DNA of 50,760 nt from Octopus bimaculoides (lineage: Eukaryota), in NCBI RefSeq assembly GCF_001194135.2, contig NC_069007.1:3812398-3863157 (forward strand). Direction: 5' to 3'. Shown one piece after another: positions 34,480 to 45,965 of this stretch; the stretch's first letter is position 1, and every line of letters starts with the position of its first letter. The notes under the pieces were generated by a model. It had not been told where the DNA came from, made no database searches, and saw nothing but the letters and a program-made list of their open reading frames with translations. Position numbers and translations under genes: made by a program.

Positions 34480-34790
34480 CTGTACCTGTCTATCTATTTG
34501 TCTATCTATCAATCAATCAATCTATCTATCACCTACTTTTCTGACAATCTATCTACTCTCTCTCTCTCTCTCTATCTATCTATCTATTTATCTACTCTCT
34601 CTCTATATCTATCTATCTACTTTCTATCTCTCTCTATCTGTTTATCTATCTACTTCTCTCTCTCTCTGTATCTATCTATCTACTCTCTCTCTCTCTATCT
34701 GTCTCCTACCTGTCTACCTACCTACCTATCTTTCACCTATGTTTCTATCTACCTGCCTGCCTACCTGTCTGTCTGTGCCACTTTAGCATC
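34480..34790. repeat. (CTAT)n/(CT)n microsatellite
   Basis: Direct reading. Confidence 0.9.
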
Positions 34791-35124
34791 CATTTACACT
34801 TCAGCATGTAGTTTAACCTTCACTCTAATCCTAACTCTAAACTCTAACACTAACCTTAACCACTAACCTAGATCAAGTCACTTCACAATTTACGCACAGT
34901 GCAGTAGACCACACATCCATCCATCCATCAATCACTGTTTTCACCTTCATCTCACACCCACTTCCATTTCCTCTGCACAATCATTCCACAAAGCAGTTGA
35001 ATAACTATTTTCCTACAGCCATTTAAAAAAAAATTATTTTATAATTGAATAGTTTATCGTGCATAAAGAATGTGTAATTTCACTAAGTGATGCAAGCAAT
35101 GCATCAGCATCGTTTTATCCTAAT

Positions 35125-35275
35125 GCCAACTACTCCGAGAGTGTAGTGGGTGCTTTTTACGTGCCACCAGCACGAGGGCCAGTTAGGTGGCACTGGCATT
35201 GACCACCCTTGAATGGTGCTTTTTATGTGTCACCAGCACGGGTGCCAGTCACGCAGCACTGGCATAGGCCACGAC
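35125..35275 (-). mobile_element. SINE-like family E fragment
   Basis: Two copies of the gtgctttttacgtgccaccagcac sub-repeat, the reverse of 46978-47135. Confidence 0.8.
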
Positions 35276-35336
35276 AATATATATATATATATATATATAA
35301 ATGGAGTTAAACGCAGGTGTTATTTAAATCTTTTTA

Positions 35337-35425
35337 CTTCTGACATATGTTTCGAAGAAAACATTGGTATTATTCCAAAAGGAATTAAATGGTGTAAAAC
35401 AATGCAATCTTCTCATCAGGGAAAG
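35337..35425 (-). ncRNA. Type I hammerhead ribozyme with complete catalytic core and extended stem II
   Basis: Minus strand CUUUCC-CUGAUGA-GAAGA-uug-CAUUG-...-CAAUG-uuu-UCUUC-GAAA-CAUAUG-UC-AGAAG. G10.1-C11.1 pair, palindromic stem III ACAUAUGU, GUC triplet; stem I has a first-position C.A mismatch then four pairs (one G-U). Confidence 0.75.
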
Positions 35426-35599
35426 CAAGAAACCAAACACATCAATAAGACATTTTAAAAGAATATGATGACTACGTATATGATCCTATAACAGAAGAAG
35501 GAAAGGCCCTGACACTAACAACCATACAATACATAATAAAGCCCAAGGTAATAGGAATTCCAGAACCACTTTATTACAAACTATACTCTTTGAACTAAT

Positions 35600-35920
35600 G
35601 TAGATCACAAGTTATACCAGAAACATGTATGTAGATCACATACTACACCGGCACCTCACCAATAAAGAAAACGCCTATGCTGAACTATTGAGGAATCTGT
35701 AGCTACTCTATCCAGATTACAAGTTCAGGTTTATACCTGTAATTATTGGGGCACTGTGATATGTAACACATTACCAAAGAACCAATCTTGAGAAATCAGG
35801 CTTCTCAAATCCAGAAAGGAGAAAGCTGATTCAAAGACTACTGGAACTGTAAAAATCTGTAAAACTTCCCAGAAGTTTATCATTTAAGTATATATAAGCA
35901 TGTCTAGACATGAAAGTATA

Positions 35921-35951
<31 letters not shown>

Positions 35952-36060
35952 GATAGTACCCTGTTTGATGTTGTTAAAATTCCAATGAAGGAGCCTTGGA
36001 TCTAGGTGGGAAATGGGCTCTTTCTCTATTGGCAAGAAATCTTGAAATAAGACTGAATAA
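35600..36060 (+). mobile_element. R4/Dong-clade LINE 3' end, second copy
   Basis: KENAYAELLRNL*LLYPDYKFRFIPVIIGAL*YVTH..NLEKSGFS.PERRKLIQRL. The 3' UTR matches 17330-17510. Confidence 0.85.
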
Positions 36061-36337
36061 GGACATACATACGTACATACATACATACAAACATACATAC
36101 ATATGTACATATATTGTAGGGTCCTACACATATCAAAATGTAATAAATTTTAAAACTTCCCATATGAGTAAGTACACATCAGGGGGTGCATCATATCTGA
36201 CACTGATATATTTTGCACGTAACATTAAAATACAAAATCAATCTGTGTGAAAGAGTGCATATATATACATCTATATGCATGTGCGTATGAATGTATTTAT
36301 CTTAGTCTGCATGCGTCAGTGTTTGTGTTTTTGTATT

Positions 36338-36376
<39 letters not shown>

Positions 36377-37027
36377 ATAAGGGGTGGTATACATGGGTAT
36401 ATATGTCAATTTCACTCTAATCCATTTCGTCTTTCTTATCTAATTTCCAAAAAATGGTTACATCCCCCCTCCGCCTTCTTTCTTTTTGCTTCTCCTCCCT
36501 TTTCCTTTTGCCCTCCTCTTTCTGTTTCTCTTCTCGTCTCTTCCCCTCTCGTTCTCTCTGTTTCTATTTGTAAAATCTATTGGAAACGAGAGATTCTATG
36601 TATTTTTTGCTTTGCCATTCTCCTCGGGGGAATTCTATGTTCACTTAAATATATATATATATATATCTTTGGTATCTCTCCAATAACCACAACAAGCACC
36701 AGCCAGCANNNNNNNNNNNNNNNNNNNNNNNNNNNNNNNNNNNNNNNNNNNNNNNNNNNNNNNNNNNNNNNNNNNNNNNNNNNNNNNNNNNNNNNNNNNN
36801 NNNNNNNNNNNNNNNNNNNNNNNNNNNNNNNNNNNNNNNNNNNNNNNNNNNNNNNNNNNNNNNNNNNNNNNNNNNNNNNNNNNNNNNNNNNNNNNNNNNN
36901 NNNNNNNNNNNNNNNNNNNNNNNNNNNNNNNNNNNNNNNNNNNNNNNNNNNNNNNNNNNNNNNNACACCAATCTTCTTCTGTTCTGGATCTTATCCAGAA
37001 ACCAAATGAACCAACCCAGTTTTACAA

Positions 37028-37054
37028 TTCATAATAATAATAATAATAATGATG

Positions 37055-37095
<41 letters not shown>

Positions 37096-37200
37096 CACAA
37101 TAATAATTATAACAATAATAACAACAACAAAAACCACAACAATAATAATAATGATGATGATGATGATGATGATGATATAATGATGATGATGATGATATTG
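37028..37200. repeat. (AAT)n grading into (GAT)n microsatellite
   Basis: Direct reading. Confidence 0.95.
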
Positions 37201-37286
37201 ATGAGGTTGATGATACGTAAACTTTGTGCTAGAATAAAATGCAATACTTAAAGTTGGTTAGCACTAATGCTTCTAATTTCAGTGTG

Positions 37287-37324
<38 letters not shown>

Positions 37325-37355
37325 TGCACACACATATCATCATCATTGTTTTAAC

Positions 37356-37399
<44 letters not shown>

Positions 37400-37402
<3 letters not shown>

Positions 37403-37720
37403 ATTGCCAGCATCGCCTTACTGGCACATGTGCCGGTGGCATGTGAAAAACAGCATTCGAGGATGGTCATTGCCAGTGCCGCCGGACTGGCTCCCATGCA
37501 GGTAGCACATAAAAAACACCTTTTGAGCGCGGTCGTTGCCAGAACCGCCTGAAGAGCCCTTGAAGTGGTTGGTGTTAGGAAGGGCATCCAGCTGTAGAAA
37601 CTTTGCAAAATCAGATTGGAACCTGGTGCAGCCTTCTGACTCACCAGTCCTCAGTCAAACTGTCCAAACCATGCCAGCATGGAAAGCGGACATTAAACAA
37701 TGATGCTGATGCTGATGATA
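37400..37720 (+). mobile_element. SINE-like family E, 3' part
   Basis: gtgccggtggcatgtgaaaaa..., gttaggaagggcatccagctgtagaaac..., ccatgccagcatggaaagcggacattaaacaatgatg. Confidence 0.85.
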
Positions 37721-37954
37721 TATATATATACATATATGTATATATGCTTATATATATGTATAAATATACGTGTGTGTATGTGTGTGATATTAGATTCTTA
37801 TTCGTGGTGGGATTCTTCATCTTGTTTTTCCTGATGAGTTCTGCTGATCTTTGTCTGAGCACAAAAAGTGACTTCCACGCGGAAAAAGATTATAACAACA
37901 ACAATTATTGTTTTAACCAAAAAACTACTAATGGGTCTACTGGGAAATGTGTTT

Positions 37955-37989
<35 letters not shown>

Positions 37990-38789
37990 GTATATATATA
38001 TNNNNNNNNNNNNNNNNNNNNNNNNNNNNNNNNNNNNNNNNNNNNNNNNNNNNNNNNNNNNNNNNNNNNNNNNNNNNNNNNNNNNNNNNNNNNNNNNNNN
38101 NATATATATATATATATATGTATGTATGTATGTATGTATATATATCTAAAATGGTTCTTTGAATGCATTCAAAAATAGATTAGTCTTGGCATTATTTACT
38201 TTTCAAGTTTTATGAAAGAAAAATCAAAGAAAAGAGAATGTATTATAAACAATACCTCTTGAAAAAAATTCGCATCCTCTTTTACAAGAAGTGTATGAAT
38301 TTGGATGTATAATTGCAGATTTGTATGCTTAACAATTTAGAAATAAGATTGATTTAACATATGATGAAATGGGCCAAAGAAAGTAGTCTGCATTTTATGT
38401 TCATTCTTTGTTTCATTTCCAAGAAAAGAAACTGTCAGAGAAATTGTCTGTGGTGTTAAGTATATCTGTTTTATTGCTAGGAGTTGAAGATGAAACATGA
38501 CCGTTCCAAGAAAAGAAACTGTCAAAATAGTTGGGAAAACAAGGTGAATGTTGTGGCATGGATTTTACTATCAGAGACTGTTGTGCTTGTTTTAGTCATG
38601 CTGTGAACAGCTTGTGTGGTTGTATATGTATGTATGTGTGTGTGTTTGTGTCTATTCTGATCATTAGTCACCTTTAGCAAAGCAGGCCAGGTGTTGCTCC
38701 CAGGGTTATCTCAGTAGCATTATAGGCTCTCAGGTAAATCAATGCATTGGGCACTATAGTTTTTATTGACAGCAAACCACAGCACAATT

Positions 38790-38962
38790 AATCAGAATTG
38801 GGCCCCAAGACCCATAAGAGCCCTGGGCAAATAAATCTTCTGGGCCCTATGATATCTATATACTGACAGCAAAGTACAGCATACTTAGATCAGATTTGGA
38901 TCCCTAGAACCATGGGACTCCAGGACAACTGCCCAGTGTGCCAATGCATTGAGGTGGCACTG
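38790..38962 (-). mobile_element. hAT-type MITE end related to 25327
   Basis: The reverse complement begins cagtgccacctcaatgcattggcacactgggca. Confidence 0.5.
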
Positions 38963-39599
38963 GCTGTTCCTCCATCAAATGGTTATGGTGAAAGTGGTTG
39001 TGTGATGGATGAGGTTGAAAGGATTGAGAAGACACATTCCTCTTTGGTCAAGCTCTCATCAATTCTTCAAGTTCTTCTTAGATAGAGGAAAGTGAAGGTG
39101 GTCAAGGAAGTCCTCTCTTTCTCCATGAATTTCTCAGAAGTCAGGTGACTTCATCAAAAAGAGTAAGGGCGAATTACTCTAAGCATTTACCTGTAGATTG
39201 GAGAACAATTGTCGTGCGAGGGTTTATGGCCTTGGTCGTCAGAATGGGTTTGTGGAGTTTCTTGATTGGCCCTTGCTGTCAGGAATCAAAGTCATGACTG
39301 TAGGATCGTAAACCTAACTGCTAAGTCACGCGCCTTCATATATATTAGGATGAAAGAGCCACCCCGAGCCATAGTTTCATCTGGCTGGTTTCTGGGATTC
39401 TGTGGTGTATATTTTCCCCCTCTCCAAGATGGGACGCTGGTCTATCACCCAGTGTTACTCATTTTTACCAGTTGAGTGGTCTAGAGCAGTGTGCCACAGC
39501 TGGTATGTTGCGGTACTCTGGTGTGATGTGGGACGATGATAGGTGTATCGCAGTGTAACTTGAATATACTTTTTTTCCCTATACTTTTAGTTATAATTT

Positions 39600-39820
39600 T
39601 AGTTCAGGTGTGGCTCTCGGAGTGGTTAGCGTTAGGAAGGGCATCCAGCTGTAGAAACTCTGCCAAATTAGATTGGAGCCTGGTGTCGCCTCCTGGTCCA
39701 CCNNNNNNNNNNAGATTGGAGCCTGGTGTCGCCTCCTGGTCCACCAGTCCTCAGTCAAATCGTCCAACCCATGCTAGCATGGAAAGCGGACGTTAGATGA
39801 CGATGATGATGATGATGATG
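39600..39820 (+). mobile_element. SINE-like family E, 3' part
   Basis: ctctcggagtggttagcgttaggaagggcatccagctgtagaaac...cccatgctagcatggaaagcggacgttagatgacgatgatg. Confidence 0.88.
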
Positions 39821-39869
39821 TGCCGCCGAATTTTGAAAAGAATATAAGTATATGGCAAGTAAAAAGAGA

Positions 39870-39981
39870 TTGCTGAGCACTGCTCTAGAGCAACGAAAAT
39901 GAAGTGTTTTTCTCAAGAGCACAATGTATCGCCTGATCCAGGAATCATAACCTTAATTGTACAATCATGGGTGCAACATAT
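39870..39981 (-). mobile_element. SINE family C body (B-box and central domain) whose head is amplified into the adjacent minisatellite
   Basis: Minus strand: catgattg..ggttatgattcctgg..gtgctcttgagaaaaacacttcattttcgttgctctag, compared with 18550-18635. Confidence 0.75.
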
Positions 39982-40468
39982 GGTGTAACCGCTAAGCAAC
40001 GTGCCTCTTGGTGTAACCGCTAAGCAACGTGGCTCTTGGTGTAACCGCTAAGCAACGTGGCTCTTGGTGTAACCGCTAAGCAACGTAGCTCTTGGTGTAA
40101 CCGCTAAGCAGCGTGCCTCTTGGTGTAACCGCTAAGCAATGTGCCTCTTGGTGTAACCGCTAAGCAACGTGCCTCTTGGTGTAACTGCTAAGCAATNNNN
40201 NNNNNNAACGTGCCTCTTGGTGTAACTGCTAAGCAACGTGCCTCTTGGTGTAACCGCTAAGCAACGTGCCTCTTGGTGTAACCGCTAAGCAACGTGCCTC
40301 TTGGTGTAACTGCTAAGCAATGTGCCTCTTGGTGTAACTGCTAAGCAACGTGCCTCTTGGTGTAACTGCTAAGCAACGTGCCTCTTGGTGTAACCGCTAA
40401 GCAACGTGCCTCTTGGTGTAACCGCTAAGCAACGTGCCTCTTGGTGTAACTACTAAGCAACGCGCCTC
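39982..40468. repeat. 28-bp minisatellite (GGTGTAACCGCTAAGCAACGTGCCTCTT), about 17 visible copies
   Basis: Counted 7 full units, partial units at a 10-N gap, 8 full units and one terminal variant. There are no spacers. Confidence 0.95.
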
Positions 40469-40981
40469 CACTATACATGCACACACGCACATAGACAAAC
40501 ACACACATTCATACACACACACACACTAATAAAAATTCGTATATGTATACAGACATACGCATACATATGTATATATAATTATATGTGTAAATATATCTAT
40601 ATATGTATGTATATAGAACCTGATATATTTTTTCATGGTGGTGCTCCAGCATGATCACAGCCACCTGGCTGAAACACATAAAAGAATATATGTGTGTGTG
40701 TGTGTGTGTGTGTATACATACATACATATATATGTGATGTTTTTGTCGCTTTAATAAAAAGAGTATATACACACACATATTTATAACTACGTACCTATGT
40801 TTCATGGAAAATAGAGAGGAAGGGAGTTGGATTGGCCCTTTTAAAACGTGACCATTGTTATATTCTCTTCCGTAATAACAGTAACTACATTATTAAATAT
40901 CAAAGTCTTTTCCTGTTGTATACATCCACTAACTTGGCCACTGATACTCTTCCACTAGCTTTGTGTTTTGAATATAATATT

Positions 40982-41194
40982 CTTTTCTATTCTAAGCACG
41001 AGGCCCGAAATTTTTTGGGAGGGGGCCAGTCGATTAGATCGACTCCAGTACGCAACTGGTACTCAATTTATCGACCCCGAAAGGGTGAAAGGCAAAGTCG
41101 ACCTTGGCGGAATTTGAGCTCAGAACGTAAAGACAGACAAAATATCTCTAAGCATTTCCCTCGGCGTGCTAACGTTTCTGCCAGCTTTCCACCT
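40982..41194 (-). mobile_element. SINE family B, full length, with a perfect 18-bp TSD
   Basis: tRNA-like head on the minus strand (agctggcagaaacgttag...gagctcaaattcc). TGTTTTGAATATAATATT at 40964-40981 and 41195-41212. Confidence 0.93.
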
Positions 41195-43659
41195 TGTTTT
41201 GAATATAATATTAAGCAAAGAATGGAAACGAATACAGTTTTAGTTGTAAAACTGCCATCAACTAAACAGACGTACAAATAAAGCTTTTTACGCACCAAAA
41301 TAATTGTAAAAACAAAATTCCTTTCAGATTTATTAGTTTTGGTANNNNNNNNNNNNNNNNNNNNNNNNNNNNNNNNNNNNNNNNNNNNNNNNNNNNNNNN
41401 NNNNNNNNNNNNNNNNNNNNNNNNNNNNNNNNNNNNNNNNNNNNNNNNNNNNNNNNNNNNNNNNNNNNNNNNNNNNNNNNNNNNNNNNNNNNNNNNNNNN
41501 NNNNNNNNNNNNNNNNNNNNNNNNNNNNNNNNNNNNNNNNNNNNNNNNNNNNNNNNNNNNNNNNNNNNNNNNNNNNNNNNNNNNNNNNNNNNNNNNNNNN
41601 NNNNNNNNNNNNNNNNNNNNNNNNNNNNNNNNNNNNNNNNNNNNNNNNNNNNNNNNNNNNNNNNNNNNNNNNNNNNNNNNNNNNNNNNNNNNNNNNNNNN
41701 NNNNNNNNNNNNNNNNNNNNNNNNNNNNNNNNNNNNNNNNNNNNNNNNNNNNNNNNNNNNNNNNNNNNNNNNNNNNNNNNNNNNNNNNNNNNNNNNNNNN
41801 NNNNNNNNNNNNNNNNNNNNNNNNNNNNNNNNNNNNNNNNNNNNNNNNNNNNNNNNNNNNNNNNNNNNNNNNNNNNNNNNNNNNNNNNNNNNNNNNNNNN
41901 NNNNNNNNNNNNNNNNNNNNNNNNNNNNNNNNNNNNNNNNNNNNNNNNNNNNNNNNNNNNNNNNNNNNNNNNNNNNNNNNNNNNNNNNNNNNNNNNNNNN
42001 NNNNNNNNNNNNNNNNNNNNNNNNNNNNNNNNNNNNNNNNNNNNNNNNNNNNNNNNNNNNNNNNNNNNNNNNNNNNNNNNNNNNNNNNNNNNNNNNNNNN
42101 NNNNNNNNNNNNNNNNNNNNNNNNNNNNNNNNNNNNNNNNNNNNNNNNNNNNNNNNNNNNNNNNNNNNNNNNNNNNNNNNNNNNNNNNNNNNNNNNNNNN
42201 NNNNNNNNNNNNNNNNNNNNNNNNNNNNNNNNNNNNNNNNNNNNNNNNNNNNNNNNNNNNNNNNNNNNNNNNNNNNNNNNNNNNNNNNNNNNNNNNNNNN
42301 NNNNNNNNNNNNNNNNNNNNNNNNNNNNNNNNNNNNNNNNNNNTTCACAATAAATTGCAATATAATCGAAATTTATATCTGAAGTGTATTTGTAAAATTT
42401 CATTAAAAAAAAATAGCCATTTTTCTGGAAGTTATGAGGAAATAAAGTAAGTGGGGACATGTGTGGGTATCTTCTCGGAATAAGATATCTTGAACTAGGA
42501 ATTTATCAAATCCTTTTCCTTCAAGATTAAATCCAGAAAACCTGAAGTGATACCTAGTTTTTGTATTTCGAATCCCTTTCATTTTTCTTTCAAACGGTTA
42601 TTTTAAACGTTTTTTTTTTTTTGCAAAAACTAAAATTAGAATTTGAAACAAGCAGCACTGATTACTACGTATCGTTCTGTCGTGTTTGTCATCACGTTAA
42701 AACACTCATTGAAATAAACTCTGTTTGCCGTTAAATTTGTCAACACTGTCCAATAGATACATAAATACATACACACGCACGCACCCGGACATGAATACAT
42801 AACGAAAGAAGCGATAATGCTGTTTTGCTAAGCTGAGATATTTACAACCTATTGTAGATAGATACATCTCGTTGTTACGCCATAAATTGATACATCTTCG
42901 TCTATTGCAAACTGCTGACACATGTCATTTGGAAGTGTCTGACTTACGCACATACACACTCTCACACACAACTAGATACATGATAGAGAAATATTATGGT
43001 GAAATATATTTAACGATAAAAATTGAAATATCACGGTACCTTTGTTTCTGTAGCCTCCAAACATGTGAACAGCTCATATTATCGTATTTAATAAGCTACT
43101 TAAATATTTAATAACTTTGAATTCGTGCAGTCGCATTAAATGTACATTGAATGCTTAAAACTACAAAAGATGTGTCGTTTACTCGTCTTCCACCTGTAAA
43201 ATACAAATATTGACAACACGTGCCATTTTCAGGATATTGATGACAAAATGTGCAGTCACGCACAAAATGACAGCTTCCAAATCCTGTTTCCTGACTGAGT
43301 GAAAATGGTCAAACTTTAAAACTTCTATAACTTTAAAAGAAAACATTTTTTCTGGAACAAGTGAAATAAATCCAGCAATTCAAAACTTTAATTTTTGAAA
43401 TTCTTGCAGCCAAACAGAAAGGATCAAACAATAGCAACAAAAAAAATGTACAACGCGTGTATGTATGTACGTGTGCGTTGCTTTAGGGCATATACGTCTT
43501 TTAGTATATGTATGTATGATGCATATGTATTACGTGTGTTTGTGTGTGTGTATGTCCGAATGTATATGTGATGTGTACTTGTGCGTATTCGTAGGTGGAC
43601 GGAGCGAGAAAGTGAGGCTGGATGTGTGTGTGTGTGTGTGGAGGAGCATTCTATACTAA

Positions 43660-44206
43660 ACAGTGTCCACAAAGTCTGGGTACATGGGAATTGTTGTTGG
43701 CACTCCGTCGCTTACGACGGAACAGCCTGCTCGTGAAAATAACGTGCAAGTGGCTGAGCACTCCACAGACACGTGTACCCTTAACGTAAGTTCTCGGGGA
43801 TATTCAGCGTGGCACCGTGTGACAAGGCTGGCCCCTTTGAAAATACAGGTACAACAGAAACAGGAAGTAAGAGTGACGGAAAGTTGTGGTGAAAGAGTAC
43901 AGCAGGGTTCGCCACCATCCCCTGCCGGAACCTCGTGGAGCTTTTAGGTGTTTTCGCTCAATAAACACTCACAACGCTCGGTCTGGGAATCGAAACCGCG
44001 ATCCTATGACCGCGAATCCGCTACCCTAACCACTGGGCCATTGCGCCTCCACAAAGGAGCAACGNNNNNNNNNNATCGTGAGCCGAATGCCCTCCTAACC
44101 ACTAAGCCACGCGCCTTCCACACTTTAAAAAATTATTTCTTATATTTAATTGTTTATGTTATGATTTTACTTACTCTATGTACCCAAACTTTGTGGACAC
44201 CCTGTA
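43660..44206. mobile_element. Tc1/maT-type MITE shell with nested SINEs
   Basis: agtgtccacaaagtctgggtaca (43662-43684) versus tgtacccaaactttgtggacaccctgta (44179-44206, reverse TA-CAGGGTGTCC...). Confidence 0.75.
43690..44050 (-). mobile_element. SINE family D (tRNA-derived), near full length; a further SINE head fragment at 44095-44135
   Basis: Minus head gtggaggcgcaatggcccagtggttaggg...ggtttcgattccc with A and B boxes. Confidence 0.85.
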
Positions 44207-44975
44207 TTACAGACAGCTGGTGGCGAGAGTGGTGGTGGTGGTGAATGAGATCAAAAGATCATGACATGTGACGATCTGTTTCGGTAAAGTAACTGATTGA
44301 AACGACGCAGTTTTAGGAAATGAAAGATACAATGAGGAAACTGTCACCGTCACAACTTTCCTCTGTGCCCTAATAATTGTTTGTGTTGTTGTTTTTTTTT
44401 TTGTATATAAGGGACAATGACGTGGGGAGAAATGGGATACAGACGAGAGATGCGTGACTGACAAATAGTGTCCATCACCAGTTCTTATTGTTGTTGAAAC
44501 TTTTCGACCCCTTTATTAATAAGATCACTATCAGGGCTTATTAACTCTAAAATCATAGCTTTCATCATCATTATCACCACCACAATCCTCCTCCTCGCTG
44601 CCGCCGTCATCATCGTCATCATCATCATCACCATCACCACCACCACCACATCATCATCATCATCATCACCATCACTAGTCATCATATTTGTTACTATTGT
44701 TGCTGTTGCTAGTATGTTCAAGTGAATCTACACACACACACACGTGTATGGCAGCTGATGAAGGGGATGTTTCTATGTGGCCTGCTTGTTTGTTGCACCT
44801 TGTTTACCATTTTGTCCTTGTTCTTTTGCCACGTCATGTACCCAGTTATCTATCTATATGTACATGTAGATGAACGTATGTACATATATATGCATTTACT
44901 CATATATTGTTTATATATATATATATATATATATAAATTAATAAATTGATAAACCTTTACCCTTTTAATTGTAAT

Positions 44976-45020
<45 letters not shown>

Positions 45021-45234
45021 ATTATGCTGTGGCACTGTGCCAGGCATTGCACCTGCAAACTTCCTGGAGGCCAAATCGTTAGATATATATATATAGAGAG
45101 AGATAACGCAAAACTATCGTAATCTGCTCTTATAGTGATGTAACCAAGTTTACATAGCCGTGCACTCAATAGTAGCATAATAAACTCTATCACTAAGGTT
45201 AGCCAATCTTTATAGTGATGTTGCTAGCCCTGCA

Positions 45235-45405
45235 GCATGCATGGAAGACACTCGCTTACCTAAAACCCTTTTCTGTGGTCAGCATAGCTCTAGAGCCAGG
45301 CACCAAGTTCGCTTGCTGCTTTGTTATAAGGACACCCTGAAGACTTGCTCAAAAATCTTCAAGAAAAACCTGAAGTTATGGGAGTTTGTAGCATTGAATT
45401 TGTAA
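45235..45405 (+). mobile_element. RTE-clade LINE C-terminal fragment
   Basis: From 45241: MEDTRLPKTLFCGQHSSRARHQVRLLLCYKDTLKTCSKIFKKNLKLWEFVALN, resembling the RTE RM.D.RLPK.L.YG...GR...RYKD.LK...WE..A pattern. Confidence 0.8.
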
Positions 45406-45417
45406 CTACAAATCCAC

Positions 45418-45566
45418 AGGTGTGGTAAGAAGCTTGCATTGCAACAACATGGTTCCGGGTTCAATCACATTGTATGGTAACTTGGGCAACTGTCTTCTTC
45501 TATAGCCTCGAGCCGACCAAAGCCTTGTTTGGGGATTTGGTAGACGGAAACCAAATGAAGCCCATC

Positions 45567-45645
<79 letters not shown>

Positions 45646-45965
45646 CATACAAACATACATATAATCCTTTGTCTCTCTGGATAGATATATTGTTGAGAAC
45701 AATAGATATCGTTGGAGGTCTGTTATCTCCATTCCAGCCCTTTGGTGGCCTAGAAGAGGTTAGAAGGATGAAGTGGCAAAGACATTATTCTGCTTAGCGA
45801 AGGCATCTAGCAAATGTAACTGCTGTCATTCACAGAAAAGCTATTTTAAAAGCTTTTTTAAAAAGTACTGGGGTTGATTCTTCCGACTAAGAATTCTTCA
45901 AGGTAGTGCCAAAGCATGGCTGTAGTCTAATGACTGAAACAAGTAAAATATAAAAGATATAAATA
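45418..45965 (+). mobile_element. SINE family A: 5' half (45418-45570), expanded (TA)n, unrelated DNA, 3' end (45860-45965)
   Basis: tgtggtaagaagcttgc...ttgggcaactgtcttcttctatagcctcg...; aagtactggggttgatt...gcatggctgtagtctaatgactgaaacaagtaaaa. Confidence 0.8.

Noticed and set aside
37822-37875. CTGATGA followed by a possible GTTC/GAGC stem II on the plus strand
   Set aside because: The required GAAA does not follow the stem (ACAAAAAG instead) and no cleavage triplet with stem III is evident. At most a decayed hammerhead; not called.
38417-38524. 21-bp direct repeat ttccaagaaaagaaactgtca, 87 bp apart
   Set aside because: The enclosed sequence shows no element hallmarks; probably a local duplication inside an old repeat.
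38990-39300. Balanced-composition stretch that looks coding
   Set aside because: Stops occur in the frames examined on both strands and no family motif was recognised; left unannotated.
39669-39745. Direct duplication of agattggagcctggtgtcgcctcctggtccacc
   Set aside because: The two copies flank a 10-N gap, the typical signature of unmerged overlapping contig ends.
39982-40468. 28-bp repeat array resembling CRISPR repeat length
   Set aside because: Units are contiguous with no spacers, there are no cas genes, the context is eukaryotic, and the unit derives from a SINE head.
44740-44850. acacgtgtatggcagCTGATGAagggg, a hammerhead half-core next to a palindrome
   Set aside because: No stem II partner and no GAAA downstream; the upstream side is replaced by (CA)n, so no fold can be completed.
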